From: Octopus vulgaris
Lineage: Eukaryota
DNA length: 64,000 nucleotides
Direction of reading: 5' to 3'
NCBI GenBank assembly: GCA_951406725.2
Contig: OX597830.1
Span: 23,498,001 to 23,562,000, forward strand
The notes below the pieces were generated by a model that was not told the origin of the DNA, searched no databases, and saw nothing but the letters and a program-made list of their open reading frames with translations. Positions 13,574 to 26,479 of this stretch are shown here, piece by piece. Within the stretch, counting starts at the first letter, position 1; every line of letters starts with the position of its first letter. The position numbers and the translations under genes are program-made.

Positions 13574-13839
13574 ACTTCTTTCAGTCTGCGTCAACCAAAT
13601 CTACGCACAAGGCTTGGTCAGCCCGAGGCTATACTGCAGGACACTCCCCAAGGTGCCACGCGGTGGGACTGAACCCAGAAGCATTTGGTTGGGAAGCAAA
13701 ATGTTATACATGCATATGCAAGCGAGAGAAGAAGCACTCAATGCATACAGTATGTGTTGTATATATTTGAAACGAGCAAAGACTCACTTAGTCGCCATTC
13801 TCACCACTTACGATCAGTCGGAGAACAAGACAGAAGTAC

Positions 13840-13894
<55 letters not shown>

Positions 13895-14151
13895 CACACG
13901 CGCGCACGTACACACAGAGGCACGCACACACAGAGGCACGCACACATATGATTAAATTTACTGATAGAGAAATAGGCAAATAGACTGTATTCGTGCTATG
14001 TATGAGTGCCTGCTCGTGTATGTATGCGTGTGTGTGCGTGTGCGTGTGTGTGTGTGCGCGCGTATGTGCATGAATGTCGGTGTTTATGTGAGCGTATACA
14101 GAAAGATAAAGGAAAGATAGATAAGTAATTGGAAAATAAATTATATATATG

Positions 14152-14183
<32 letters not shown>

Positions 14184-14284
14184 CATATATGTATATATAT
14201 ATATATATGTATGTGTATATATGTATGTGTGTATGTGTGTGTGTATATGTATATGTGTGCTTATATACATATATACATATGTAT

Positions 14285-14331
<47 letters not shown>

Positions 14332-14372
14332 CACATATATGATATACATATGTATATCTATCTATATGCATT

Positions 14373-14405
<33 letters not shown>

Positions 14406-15118
14406 CTGTGTGTTTGTTTATATATATGTGTATGTATATATATGTGAATATATACATGTATATATATATGTGCGCGAGTGTGTGCATATGTATGTAATGT
14501 ATGTATATACATATTTGTACATATATATGTTTCGTATGTATGTATGTATGTATGTATGTATGTACGTATGTATGTATGTACCTATCTATCTCTTTCTTTC
14601 TCTCTATATATATATACACACACACACAGATATATACCTACATACACACATATATACATACGTACAGACATACAGAGAGAAGAACGAGAGAGGGATGGAG
14701 GGAGGGAGGGAGAGAGAGTGAAGACGAATGTGGGCTGAGAGAGAGAGAGAGTGGCAGAGTGGCAGTGTTAGGAGAGATATATATAAAGATATTTCCAATA
14801 CATTGAATATGTGCCAAACTTACTGCATTTTCCGTTGATTTGACTTCCGTTGTATTGTTTGTTTTAGTTGTTGTTGCTTTTTTAGCTTTCGGTTAAATTC
14901 TCTGCGTTTTGCAGCATGTTTCTCTGGTTTGCTGCAGAGATGCTGATGATGGTGAGGGCGGTGGAGGCGGCGGAGGCGGCGGTGGCGGAGGCGGTGGCTG
15001 CGATGGGCAACGATGGTGTTGGTACTGATTGCAAGAGATGATGGTGCTGAAGAGAAATGATGGTCGGTTTGAGTGTGTCTGCGGTTTTGTTAGTGTCTCT
15101 CTGCCAAGCTCTACTGCG

Positions 15119-15358
<240 letters not shown>

Positions 15359-15497
15359 TCTGTCTGTCTGTCTGTCTGTCTGTTCTTCCTATCTATCCAT
15401 TTCTCTACCTTTATACACACACACACGCACACGCACACACACACACACATATATGTATATATATATACATATACATATATATGTGTGTATATATATT

Positions 15498-15530
<33 letters not shown>

Positions 15531-15624
15531 GTATGTATATATATATATATATATATAGATATATGTGTATGTGTATATATATATATAAATATATGCACAC
15601 ACACACATATATATATACATGCAT

Positions 15625-15655
<31 letters not shown>

Positions 15656-15879
15656 TACATACATACATACATACATACATACATACATACATACATACTT
15701 ACAAACTGGGAAAATTTCCCTGTGATGCACGGGTATCGTATTAAAATAACATTATGCAGTAATGTGAAGAACTTGGCACAACGATCCAAACTATTTCACT
15801 AATATAATAGAATTTCCGAACGAAGTAGGAATTACAGCAAAATTTCCTTGTTCGTTTATTTGTTCATTCCAATGTCTCA

Positions 15880-17110
15880 GGATTAGTTCCGCACAAGAAT
15901 ACCATGATGAAGAAAACTAATAGGATTCTCTTTCTTGAAGTACCACCGTGAAGCCGACCGTATAAGACAGGTTTCGCGCGGTTCAATCCAGTAACTTTCA
16001 ACGTTTGATCTTAAGACAGACTTGTTGACGATCGAAGGCGAAGCTGCATGTGGCAGGAAATAGAAGCCTTGGAATCCAAATGGTGAATCTGCTGGTATTA
16101 GGAAGTATTATGGGAGTGAAGTGATGCACTCTAATAGATTTATCTGAAATTATACAGGCCTCCAGTTCATGGGGCATCATAATTTCTTTTTCGTTTATTT
16201 TTCCTTATAGCAGGTCTTGTGCCATTGATATGCTTTGGAGATTCGTGGTTGCGGAGTAGTATGATCGATGTTTCAAGTTTCAACACCAGAATGTCATGAG
16301 AGGATTCTGCTGGTTCAAGGCTGTTGAGAAACTCGGTTGGATAATTTTGAACCTAGTCCTGAAAATTACGATGTCTTCTGACTTTTAACATCTCTCTCTC
16401 TCTCTCTCTCCCTCCCTCTCTCTCCTTCCCTCCTTCTCTCCCCCCTCTCTCTCTGAGTGGCATCTCCAGTTCTTTCCCGTTGCTTTCTCTTAATATCTTC
16501 CTCGTTATATTTCTATCGTCTTTCATATCCTGCTTTATTCGATGCAAGCCTCTAACTATTCACTTGTGCCTACGAGCGACTTTTACTCAAATGAACATCT
16601 GACATCTTTGCCGCAGTGTAGCAACGTGTGATATTAAAATTTTTGCTGTTGCACAAAGAACATCCGAGTGAAATCTAAGTCAGCTTAAAGGTACAGTAAT
16701 GCAGTTTCTCTCCCACTCAATGCGATGTTGTTGCACCACTTGATGCAACAGCAATGGCGACCAGCGGTCTTTGGTGCACTTTTCAAAGAAGTCGGTTTAT
16801 AAGAAAAATCCTGGTTGTACAGCCGAGAGTATCAATAAAAGAGAATCCTTTGTTGTCATTATCAATTCTGTTCATGATGATGTGACAGGAAGGGTTCTGG
16901 TCATTCATCAATCGATGTTTATTTTTCAGCCGCAAATATTATAGTCGATTACCCGAAATATTGTCTTGTGTTCCTCTTCTTATTTTCCTTTGATTCTGTG
17001 ACTCTACTGATAACCTATGATCTATTACGAGCCTGAAATTGACGCGATACGTTACAGAGAACTCGGTTGTAAACACTACTATACCGTCTTTTGCCTTGGT
17101 TAACGAAGTC
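15880..17110 (-). mobile_element. Helitron RepHel Pif1-helicase relic (pseudogenised)
   Basis: Degenerate motif I/Ia (GFSFIDTLG..FLINRLL*KV..VAIAVASSG), YPTEFLNSLEP..LVLKLETSIILLRN..NGTR, and QTLKVTGLNRAKPVLYGRLHGGTSR (motifs V/VI); many frameshifts. Confidence 0.85.
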
Positions 17111-17315
17111 TTCTAATGTAGTTTTATACGCATCCAAGAGGGGATGAGGCTCATCAATTTCAGAGGCTGTGAACACACACACACGCCGCGCGCGCACACA
17201 CATATGCAAACCATCTGTATGTGCCTACATACATGCACACACACACATATGTATGTATACACACACACACGCACACACACACACACACACACATAAACAC
17301 ATACACAAACATATG

Positions 17316-17600
17316 TACGCCCGGGTCCCAAATAAGAGTGGGGGTTGGAATAAGCAGGTTTGTTGGACATTTGTTTAAATTCATATAAGCGGGTTGGTTA
17401 GAATAAACGCGGGGGTGGGTGGAAAATCGGTAATTGTATAGTGGTAACTATAGAATTTTACCATTTTCTAGGCTGTCTCTCTTGATTTTTTAAAAACCAG
17501 TTATTTACCCTCGGGTCCCAAATAATAGAAGGGTGGTGTTGGAATAAGCGGGTGGGTTTGAATAAACGGGAGGGTTGGAATAAACGGGGGTTGATGGGAA
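17316..17600. mobile_element. Probable DNA-transposon terminus with subterminal repeats
   Basis: cgggtcccaaataa occurs twice (~17322, ~17512) with multiple ggttggaataa(g/a)cgg repeats; begins after TA. Superfamily not identified. Confidence 0.5.
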
Positions 17601-17914
17601 TCAGAAACTGTATGAACGAAAATTAGGGAAAAAGCATCTTAAAGCACATATAACGACACAACAAGGCAAAAGAAATTAATAAGAGGCAAGTGAAATTAGC
17701 ACATATGTGTGCTTCAAACGTTCACTTTAGTTAAGACATACATTTAGATAATAAAAATAAGACATTTGTTAATTATGGTAACTATGGGATTTTTTATAAA
17801 AGCTTTGGTCTAAACAGATATTCATACAAGCAACAGATCTTAAGAAGAAAGAAAATCAGAGCACAATGACAGGAGTATAATTACCATTTCGTGAACTTGC
17901 AGTATTTAAGAGAG

Positions 17915-18298
17915 AAGCACTCCGTCGGTTACGACGACGAGGGTTCCGGTTGATCCGATCAATGGAACAGCCTGCTCGTGAAATTAACGTGTAAGTGGCT
18001 GAGCACTCCACACAGACACGTGCACCCTTAACGCAGTTCTCGGGGATATTCAGCGTGACACAGAGAGTGACAAGGCCGGCCCCTTGAAATACAGGTATAA
18101 CAGAAACAGGAAGTAAGAGTGAGAGAAAGTTGTGGCGAAAGAGTACAGCAGGGATCACCACCATCCCTGCCGGAGCCTCGTGGAGCTTTTAGGTGTTTTC
18201 GATCAATAAACACTCACAACGCCCGGTCTGGGAATCGAAACCGCGATCCTACGACCGCGAGTCAGCTGCCCTAATCATTGGGCCATTGCGCCTCCACA
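17915..18298 (-). mobile_element. SINE family C, full length, alternative 3' tail
   Basis: Minus strand tRNA-like head gtggaggcgcaatggcccaatgattagggcagc...ggtttcgattccc; tail ...cctcgtcgtcgtaaccgacggagtgc; same as 30395-30756. Confidence 0.85.
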
Positions 18299-18428
18299 CT
18301 TGTAGTATTTATTATATTATACATAATAAAACATAGCACTCTCTAAATAGGTATAAATCATAGACTCATGATTTTTCGCCACTGACCTTCTGCAGGTTCC
18401 TAAGTTTTGATATTCACTTCTTTACGGG

Positions 18429-18809
18429 TCACCGAGCTTCACTGATAGTTGACATGAGTTTGCTTCGATATGGCAAAGAAAGTGTAGAGGTCCCGTTTTC
18501 ATCCAGCATCTTCTGTATTTTTTCGAGGAACGGGGCATCTTTATTAACTAGATCATCTCTGTTGATTCTTACAAGAGAGATAGAGCTTCCCGTCATGTTT
18601 GACCGACCGTACTTTGGCTCCTGCGAAACCTCCATGGGGATTTCTCCAGATGGGTCAATCACCTCCAAAAGCTTTCCAGATGACCCGCTTTCATCTTCCG
18701 AGTCACTTTCGGCAGCTTTTTCCTCAACGCCATCACCATGCGTTGTGAAAGCAAACAGAACACTCCAGGTTTTCTTCCCATTCTTGTCATAGCTTTCTTT
18801 TTTGTCATG
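18429..18809 (-). pseudogene. Non-repetitive coding-like segment (~126 codons), product unknown; possibly TE-encoded C-terminus or host exon
   Basis: Open frame HDKKESYDKNGKKTWSVLFAFTTHGDGVEEKAAESDSEDESG...DAPFLEKIQKMLDENGTSTLSLPYRSKLMSTISEAR* with normal amino-acid complexity. No family recognised. Confidence 0.45.
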
Positions 18810-19187
18810 CTGATTCGCAATTTGTGTCAGTCAAAATAATAATGAATTCCTCAGTGTTTATTGTTTTGGACTAATAACGGGAGTCAGTTTAATCGACTTT
18901 CCCCTTTCATTTAAATTGCTGGCCTTGTGCCTAAGCATCGAGCAACGTGCCTTGCATCATAGAGTTGTAGCCCATTATGATCTGATTTCAATATCGCTGA
19001 GTTCATCCCTACAGGGTCGATAAAATAAAGCACCAATAATGTACTGGGCCGCTTTAATCCACTTGTCTCTCCCCACAAATTGTTAGCCTTGTGCCTAAAT
19101 GAGAAATCATTATTTAAAATTTGCTAGACTGTCACACTTGATTTTTTTTAAACCGAGAATTAGATATTTATTTTATATATATATATA

Positions 19188-19572
19188 GGCGCAGGCTGGC
19201 TGTGTGGTAAGTAGCTTGCTTACGAACCACATGGTTCCGGGTTCAGTCCCACTGCGTGGCACCGTGGGCAAGTGCCTTCTACTATAGCCTCGGGCCGACC
19301 AATGCCTTGTGGGTGGATTTGGTAGACGGAAACTGAAAGAAGCCCGTCGTATATATGTATATGTATATATATGTGTGTGTTTGTCCCCCCCCCCAACATC
19401 GCTTGACAACGGATGCTGGTGTGTTTATGAGCCTGTAACTTAGCGGTTCAGCAAAAGAGACCGATAGAATAAGTACCAGGCTTACAAAGAATAAGTCCTG
19501 GGGTCGATTTGGTCGACTAAAATTGGTGCTCCAGCATGGCCGCAGTCAAATGACTGAAACAAGTAAAAGAGT
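19188..19572 (+). mobile_element. SINE family A, full length
   Basis: ggcgcaggctggctgtgtggtaagtagc head through ...gaaacaagtaaaaga tail, flanked by (TA)n. Confidence 0.9.
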
Positions 19573-19602
19573 ATATATATATATATCCTATTTATCTTAT
19601 AG

Positions 19603-19782
19603 TGGTGGCCTAGTGGTTAGAGCAGCGAACTCGCGGTCGAGGGGTGCGGGTTCGAATCTCAGACCGGGGGATGTGTGTGTTTAATGAGCGAAACACTTAA
19701 ACTCCACGACGGCGAACTTCTGCTGACTCTTTCGCCACAACTTTCTGTCACTCTTTCCTCCTGTATTTTGCGACGGACCGCA
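19603..19782 (+). mobile_element. SINE family C, third tail variant
   Basis: tggcctagtggttagagc..ggttcgaatctc head; matches 42495-42740. Confidence 0.75.
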
Positions 19783-19791
19783 AGATTCACA

Positions 19792-19853
<62 letters not shown>

Positions 19854-19855
<2 letters not shown>

Positions 19856-20177
19856 CGCAGGAGTGGGTGTGTGGTAAGTGAGTGGATTTGGTAGACGGAA
19901 ACTGAAAGAAGCATGTCGTATATATGTATATATATATAAATATGTATGTATGTGCGTGTGTTTGTGCGTCTGTGTTTGTCCCCCTAGCATTGCTTGACAA
20001 CTGATGCTGGTGTGTTTACGTCCCTGTCACTTAGCGGTTCGGCAAAAGAGACCGATAGAATAAGTACTGGGCTTACAAAGAATAAGTCCCGGGGTCGATT
20101 TGCTCGACTAAAGGCGGTGCTCCAGCATGGCCGCAGTCAAATGACTGAAACAAGTAAAAGAGTAAAGAGTAAAGAGA
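19854..20177 (+). mobile_element. SINE family A with internal deletion
   Basis: Head joined directly to gtgagtggatttggtagacgg; intact tail. Confidence 0.85.
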
Positions 20178-20200
20178 ATATATATATGTATATATATATG

Positions 20201-20262
<62 letters not shown>

Positions 20263-20327
20263 TACTTGGAAATGGATGTGTGGCGTTCAATCAAATAATA
20301 ATATAAATAATATATATATATTGTATA

Positions 20328-20459
<132 letters not shown>

Positions 20460-20586
20460 CAATATTATTATTATTATTTATATTATTATCATTATTATTA
20501 TTATTAATATTATTATTATTATTTATATTATTATTATTATTATTTATATTATTATTATTATTATTATTATTCTTATAATTATTATC

Positions 20587-20657
<71 letters not shown>

Positions 20658-20691
20658 CATTATTATTATTATTATTATCATTACTATGTAT

Positions 20692-21215
20692 ATATATATA
20701 TGCATACATAATTAAGGATAAAATCAATTAATGATCTTATAACAGCATGTAAAAAGCCATATAGGTAAACATTAATATGAATATATAATTATGTAGATAT
20801 AATTATAATTAAGGGGATTGAAAAACAACACCTACACGCTAGAAACAGACGTCAAAAGACTCTAAAAAAACCACTAATGTGCTAATGTGAAATTTAAAGT
20901 GTTTTTTTTTAAAAGTCTTTTGACGTCTGTCTCTAGCGTGTAGGTGTTGTTTTTCAGTCCCCTTAATTATAATTATATCTCTATAATTATATATTTATAT
21001 TAATGTTTACCTATATGGCTTTTTACATGCTGGCCACTGATAAGATCATTGATTGGTTTTATCCTTAATTATGTATGCATATATATTTATTTATTCATTC
21101 CAATCCTGATATTATCTTGATCAATTCGCACGTTGTTGCGATGAATAATTGAATTTGCCTCGAATATAAGTGTGGATATATGTATATATTTGTATATATA
21201 CGAATGTATTTGTAT

Positions 21216-21278
<63 letters not shown>

Positions 21279-21530
21279 TTTATTTATTTATGTATTTCTA
21301 GTATATTCTACTGAAGACGGTAATTTGTATTACTAAACCAGAAATCGGACGATATAGAATTAACCTCAAAATTTTACTAAATCCATTTTATTCATTTGCC
21401 CGCTTACAGCCCTGTGCTAATGGAATGAAATTTAAAGTGACTTTTTAGAGTCTTCTGACATCTATCTTTAGCGTGAAGGTGGTGTTTCTCAAGACCCTTA
21501 ATTAATGATTATATCTATATGACTATATCT
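20692..21530 (+). mobile_element. Penelope-like/retrozyme-like unit: inverted partial copy + unit + partial direct repeat, with hammerhead
   Basis: 20692-20870 is the reverse complement of 20903-21085; 20879-20970 recurs at 21413-21505; hammerhead at 21305-21360; homologue at ~49400-50030. Confidence 0.7.
21305..21360 (+). ncRNA. Minimal type I hammerhead ribozyme (canonical core)
   Basis: attcta-CUGAAGA-c ggt..acc a-GAAA-tcg ga cga-UA-tagaat: 6-bp stem I, 3-bp stem III; base of stem II mismatched. Confidence 0.75.
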
Positions 21531-21536
21531 ATATAA

Positions 21537-21574
<38 letters not shown>

Positions 21575-21622
21575 AAAAAAGTTAAGATAGAAAATGGTAA
21601 AATAATTTTATAAAAAACATTT

Positions 21623-21660
21623 CACTACCGGTTTCAGTCTTTGAGAGTTTTTCAACTGTA
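21623..21660 (-). ncRNA. Degenerate hammerhead-like motif, U3:A8 core
   Basis: UUGAAAA-actctcaaagact-GAAA-ccgg-UA; stem I poor; homologue at 54497-54532. Confidence 0.4.
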
Positions 21661-21855
21661 AGTGTGGAAAAACAATTAAATTTTGGAAAAATTAAAAGAA
21701 GGTTTTTTTTTTTAAGAATATTTGCATAGTGTTCAAATACAAGTGGCATTTACCTTGTTTCTCCCTGTTTCTCTCTCTCTTGTTTACTCTTGTAGGTTCG
21801 AGGTCGTTGTGAATTCTTGGTAGGTAAGAAGAAGAAGGGGAGGAGGAGAAGAAGA

Positions 21856-22160
<305 letters not shown>

Positions 22161-22638
22161 AGTGCCGGACAGAAGGGTCAAATACGAGAAGGAAAGTAGG
22201 GGAGATAACAAGGTAAAGATGACCCCCAACACAAAGGTGCGTGTGTGTATAAGAGAGCATGTATGTGCGTGCGAAAGAGGGCTGGTGCGTGTATGTATGT
22301 GTAGGTGTGAAGATGTGGCGATGGGTGTGTATGTGGTGTGTTGTGATGTGATGTGTAATGTTGTATTGTGTTGTGGTGTGGTGTGATGTTGTTGGGAGGT
22401 GGGGAGGCGAGAGTGGGGAAAGCACGGGTGGGGAAGGTGGACTAGGGATGTGTAGGGATGGGTGGGTTTATGGAGGAGGGGAAGGTGTATATGTGAGGAG
22501 AGAGAGAGGAGGAGAGAAGAGAGAAAGAGAGGGCGAAAGAGTAGGAGAGAAGAGAGAAAGAGAATAAGAGAGGAGAGAAAAAGAGAGTAAGAGAGAAGAG
22601 AGAAGAGAGGAAATATGTATATATGTGTACTGTGTATA

Positions 22639-24982
22639 TCTATATATATAAAACTGAGAATGTGTGTGTGTGTGTGTCTGTCTGTCTGTCTGTGTAATTC
22701 CCTAAAACTTGAGAACTACTCAACCAATTTCATTCAAATTTTACACATGCTTTACATAGGGTCTAGGGAGTGTCATGGGCAAAAAAATTTCTAACTTCTT
22801 GCCTAGGGCAAGCCCACAGCAATATCATATCTTCTCCACTATTTTAGTATTACGTGTTAAAAATTACGTGTTAAAAATCTTTAACTTTTTGCCTAAGGCG
22901 AGCCCACATCAATATCATATCTTCTCCACTATGAATCCCTAAAACTTGAGAACTACACAACCAATTTCATTCAAATTTTACACATGCCTTACTTAGGGTC
23001 CATTTAGTGTCATGGGCGAAAAAATTTCTAACTTCTTGCCTAGGGCGAGCCCACAGCAATATCATATCTTCTCCACTATTTTAGTATTACGTGTTAAAAG
23101 TGAAACAAAACCATCTCTCTATTGTAATGTCACATACTTTCACTTTAATACTGAAACTATTAAAGTCAAACTATTATATAAGAGGGATGAACCATTAACA
23201 GTGGACATCCACTTTGCTAGAAGATCCGCTTTGGTCTTATATGCTACACCACTGGTTTTCAATTCATATTAATCAAATTAATATTCAATTTCTAACCCTT
23301 ATTATTTTAAATTTAAATTTAAACCCAGGACAATGTGTTTTGGAACGGAGTTTGCTACCACACAGCCACACCTGCACCTATGTATGTGTGTGTATGTGTG
23401 CATAGCAGTATATTTATATATTTATTTCTATACATATTGATGTATATGTATGTGTAGATGTATATATATATGGATGTACATGTAATATGTATACATATAT
23501 ATTCACATATATATACATGCATACATATATACACCCATACACACATACACGCACACACATACACAATCGACTAAGTGGTTCGCCAAACGAGATCGATAAA
23601 ATGGCTTAGCGGTCGCGAAACGAGATCGATAAAAGGAATTAGCGTTTCGCCAAACTAGATCGATAAAATGACTTAGAGGTTCGACAAACGATCGATTAAA
23701 TGACTAGCGGTTCGACAAAAATGATCGACTTGGCGGTTCATCAAACGAGATCGAAAAAATGACATAGCCGTTCGACAAACGAGATAGATAAAATGACTTA
23801 GCGTTTCGCCAAACATGATTGATAAAATGACTTTGCGTTTCGCCAACCGTGATCGATAAAATATCTTAGCTCTGCGCCAAACGAGATCGATAAAATGACT
23901 TAGCGGTTCGCCAAACGAAATCGATAAAATGCTTTAGCGTTTCGCCAAACGAGATCGATAAAATGCCTTAGCGGTTCGCCAAACATAATCGATAAAATGA
24001 CTTAGCGGTTCGCCAAACGAAATCGATAAAATGCCTTAGCGTTTCGCCAAACGAGATCGATAAAATGCCTTAGCGGTTCGCCAAACATGATCGATAAAAT
24101 GACTTAGCGTTTCGCCAACCATTTTCGAAAAAATGACATAGCAATTCGCCAAACGAGGTCGATAAAGTGACTTAGCGGTTCGCAAATAAGATCGATAAAT
24201 TGACTTAGCGTTTCGCCAAACGTGTTCGATAAAATGGCATAGCGGTTCTCCAAACGAGATCGATAAAACGAGTTAGCGTTTCGCCAAACGAGATCGATAA
24301 AATGCCTTAGCGGTTCGCCAAACATGATCGATAAAAGGACTTAGCGTTTCGCCAACTATTTTCGATAAAATGACATAGCGATTCACCAAACGAGGTCGAT
24401 AAAGTGACCTAGCGGTTCGCAAACAAGATCGATAAATTGACTTAGTGTTTCGCCAAACGTGTTCGATAAAATGGTGTAGCTGTTCGACAAACGAGATCGA
24501 TAAAATGACGTAGCGGTTCGACAAACTAGATCGATAAAATGACCTAGCTGTTCGCCAAACTGGATCGATAAAATGCCTTAGCGGTTCTCCAAACGAGATC
24601 GATAAAATGACTTAGCGTTTCGCTAAACAAAAAACGATAAAATGACAGCCTTTTGCCAACCGATAAAATAACTAGCGGTTCGACAAAGAAGATCGATGAA
24701 ATGACTTAGCGGTTCGCCAAATGAGATCGATAAAATGACTTAGCGTTTCGGCAAACTTGATCGATAAAATGACGTAGCGGTTCGTCAAACGAGATCGATA
24801 AAATTACTTAGCAGCTCGCCAAACGAGTTCGATAAAATGTTCTAGCGTTTCGCCAAACGAGATCGATAAACTGACTTAGCGGTTCGCTAAACAAGTTATT
24901 CCAGTTCATTAGAGAAAACATAACAGAAAAGTCTAATTCTTCAATTGCATGTAACACCGGCGACGCCGGGTATCTCTGCTAG
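22639..24982 (+). mobile_element. Non-autonomous Helitron (5' and 3' ends) with internal duplication, insertions and satellite array
   Basis: A|TCtatatatataaaactg 5' end; ~160-bp direct repeat (22699/22936); 3' hairpin ccggc-gac-gccgg then CTAG|T at 24979-24983. Continuity of the two ends is inferred. Confidence 0.6.
23570..24895. repeat. 34-bp tandem satellite, ~39 copies
   Basis: Consensus GCGGTTCGCCAAACGAGATCGATAAAATGACTTA; contiguous units without spacers; 7-unit (237-bp) higher-order duplication at 24041 and 24278. Confidence 0.95.
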
Positions 24983-24989
24983 TATATAT

Positions 24990-25190
24990 ATGTGTGTATG
25001 TTTATGTTTGTCCCCTCCACCCTTTGACAACTGGTGTTTACGTCCCAATAATTTTGCAGATCTGCAAAGAGGTCGATAGAAAAAGTAGTAGGTTTGAAAA
25101 AACAGAAGTCCTCAGATCGATTTGTTCCACTAAAACCCATTAAGGCGGTGCTCCAGCGTGGCTCCAGTCAAATGACTGAAACAAGGATAC
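24990..25190 (+). mobile_element. SINE family A 3' half
   Basis: Family A tail motifs, diverged. Confidence 0.7.
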
Positions 25191-25828
25191 GACAGAAGAA
25201 ACATACATACATGCATATATGCATGTGTTCGTGAGAGACTGCGTATATATGCACATGTAGCTGGGTGAGAGGTTCTTGGAACCTCTAAACTACAAGTCGT
25301 TAAGTTATCAGAGACCAATGTTTTCTCTGTAGCCAAGTCACTTCGTCCACACTGATGAAAAGCAAAGTTGTAAAAGTATATCTCCTAAATCTCTCTGTCT
25401 CTGTCTGTCTGTCTGTCTCTCTCTTTCTCTTACTCTATCTCTCTCTCTCTCTCTCGCTCGCTCGCTCTTATCGGTCGTGTCATTGTTTGCTCCGCAGTGA
25501 AAGATTGTTTTTGTGCTGAAAATTGTGAAAATTTGCTGTTTTGGTCGTCAGACCACTTCTTTTCTGCTGTTGCAGCAGAGTTTTGCTGTTCTCCCCCCCC
25601 CCCCACCCCGTTTCAAGGGAGAAGCGGCAAAAAACATGAATTTGCCACCAATTTCTTCCGAGTCCGAGGAAAACTTTGAAAATTTGTTTGAAGGCATGAA
25701 GGCGAATATGTGGGAGGAGAAAGGTAAAATTATAGAGGCGTCTCACGCGCTTGTTACAAAAGCAGACGACAAGATGTCTAGCGAGGCTAAACAAGAGGAA
25801 AAATCAAAAATAAATTTTGCGCCGATAT

Positions 25829-26346
25829 AGGCAGTGGCTCTCGTGGCTTCTGATCTTAACTGATTGGAAGTGTTGTCATGAACATTGTTTTAAACGATGG
25901 GCTACAGTAAATATTCTGCTCAATACCACAGGATTTGCTTGTCAGTTGTTTGATCTTAACCAGTTGAGCATGTCCCTTAGTGGCTGACGATATGTGCATC
26001 TCTGATCATGAGCAGAAATAGTGGGGGAGCATCATAGCCACGTGTTGAGAGGGATTCTTTGGGGTTTGAATAATTCATCTCTGGAAACATGGGTGTTTCG
26101 TTCTATACCCATACTCAGGGACCTTTTGAGCAGGATGGGCTACTCGACCAGAAGAAAATTCTAACTGGGCCCCACCTGCAAGGTCATGCGCTGTTTATCT
26201 TGATATGAGATCACCATGTCGCGCACATATGGTTTTGATGCATGTGCCTGGTGTACCCTTATCAGACGGGTAGTCATGATGAGTATACTGGGCTTCGTAT
26301 ATGTTACCCCAGTGTCACTTTGATGGCATGCACTGGTCTCTCACTC
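25829..26346 (+). mobile_element. ~555-bp non-coding TAA-associated element, copy 1 (5'-truncated)
   Basis: Homologous to 59841-60374 and 62551-63104; ends ctctcactc then (CAA)n(TAA)n. Confidence 0.85.
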
Positions 26347-26443
<97 letters not shown>

Positions 26444-26479
26444 TACGTAGAACTCCAAGAAAACATAATGATAACTACA

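Noticed and set aside
23570-24895. CRISPR-like array of ~34-bp repeats
   Set aside because: Units are contiguous with no unique spacers, there are no cas genes, and the context is eukaryotic; it is a tandem satellite.
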